From contig CAJOQX010000150.1 in NCBI GenBank assembly GCA_905236865.1, positions 1 through 55,203 of the forward strand: a stretch of 55,203 nucleotides of DNA, written 5' to 3'. This DNA comes from Candidatus Rifleibacteriota bacterium. GTDB taxonomy: Bacteria; Muiribacteriota; Ozemobacteria; Ozemobacterales; Ozemobacteraceae. Below are positions 55,190 to 55,203 of this stretch, piece after piece. The notes under the pieces are model-generated. The model ran no database searches, was not told the DNA's origin, and saw only the letters and a program-made list of their open reading frames with translations. The position numbers were made by a program, and so were the translations under genes. Every line of letters begins with the position of its first letter. Within the stretch, counting starts at the first letter, position 1.

Positions 55190-55203
55190 ATTGAACGCAA
55201 TAC

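Overview
This is an AT-rich (about 30% G+C by eye) bacterial chromosomal segment with 34 supportable protein genes and one tRNA-Pro(UGG). I found no rRNA, CRISPR array, integrase or transposase.

The gene content points to a diderm cell with an SLH-anchored envelope: an SLH/Ig-repeat protein, a TolC-like barrel, two AsmA/TamB-like proteins and a BamD/YbgF-like TPR lipoprotein. Type IV pilus genes are also present (PilT, one major pilin, three minor pseudopilins). These are interleaved with housekeeping genes: ptsN, comB, purD, glmM, trpB, pepT, rapZ and a PfkB kinase. This mix, together with intergenic heptamer arrays, fits a Melainabacteria/cyanobacteria-related or other deep-branching diderm lineage, but the sequence alone cannot assign taxonomy.

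The standout is an 18.5-kb minus-strand block (33886-52418) holding three tandem paralogous genes of 1989-2174 codons, separated by only 21-23 nt.
- Each product is an internally duplicated membrane protein with about 8 TM helices and four large extracytoplasmic domains.
- Each carries two HAMP plus class III nucleotidyl-cyclase modules.
- The two cyclase domains are degenerate in a complementary way. CHD1 keeps the two metal-binding Asp residues but has lost the transition-state Asn/Arg. CHD2 has lost the Asp pair but keeps Lys, Thr, Asn and Arg.
- This is the C1/C2 pseudo-heterodimer logic of mammalian transmembrane adenylyl cyclases.
- A membrane-anchored RCC1-repeat protein lies directly upstream on the same strand.
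- Elsewhere in the window, a cNMP-binding/GAF protein appears translationally linked to pilT.

Other notable points:
- a periplasmic-binding-domain::TolC fusion;
- a family of GC-rich palindromic intergenic repeats shared by four loci;
- 7-nt tandem purine/pyrimidine arrays;
- a hicAB cassette between the pilin gene and pilT;
- a possibly leaderless rapZ.

All functional calls come from motif recognition by eye. No database search was run.
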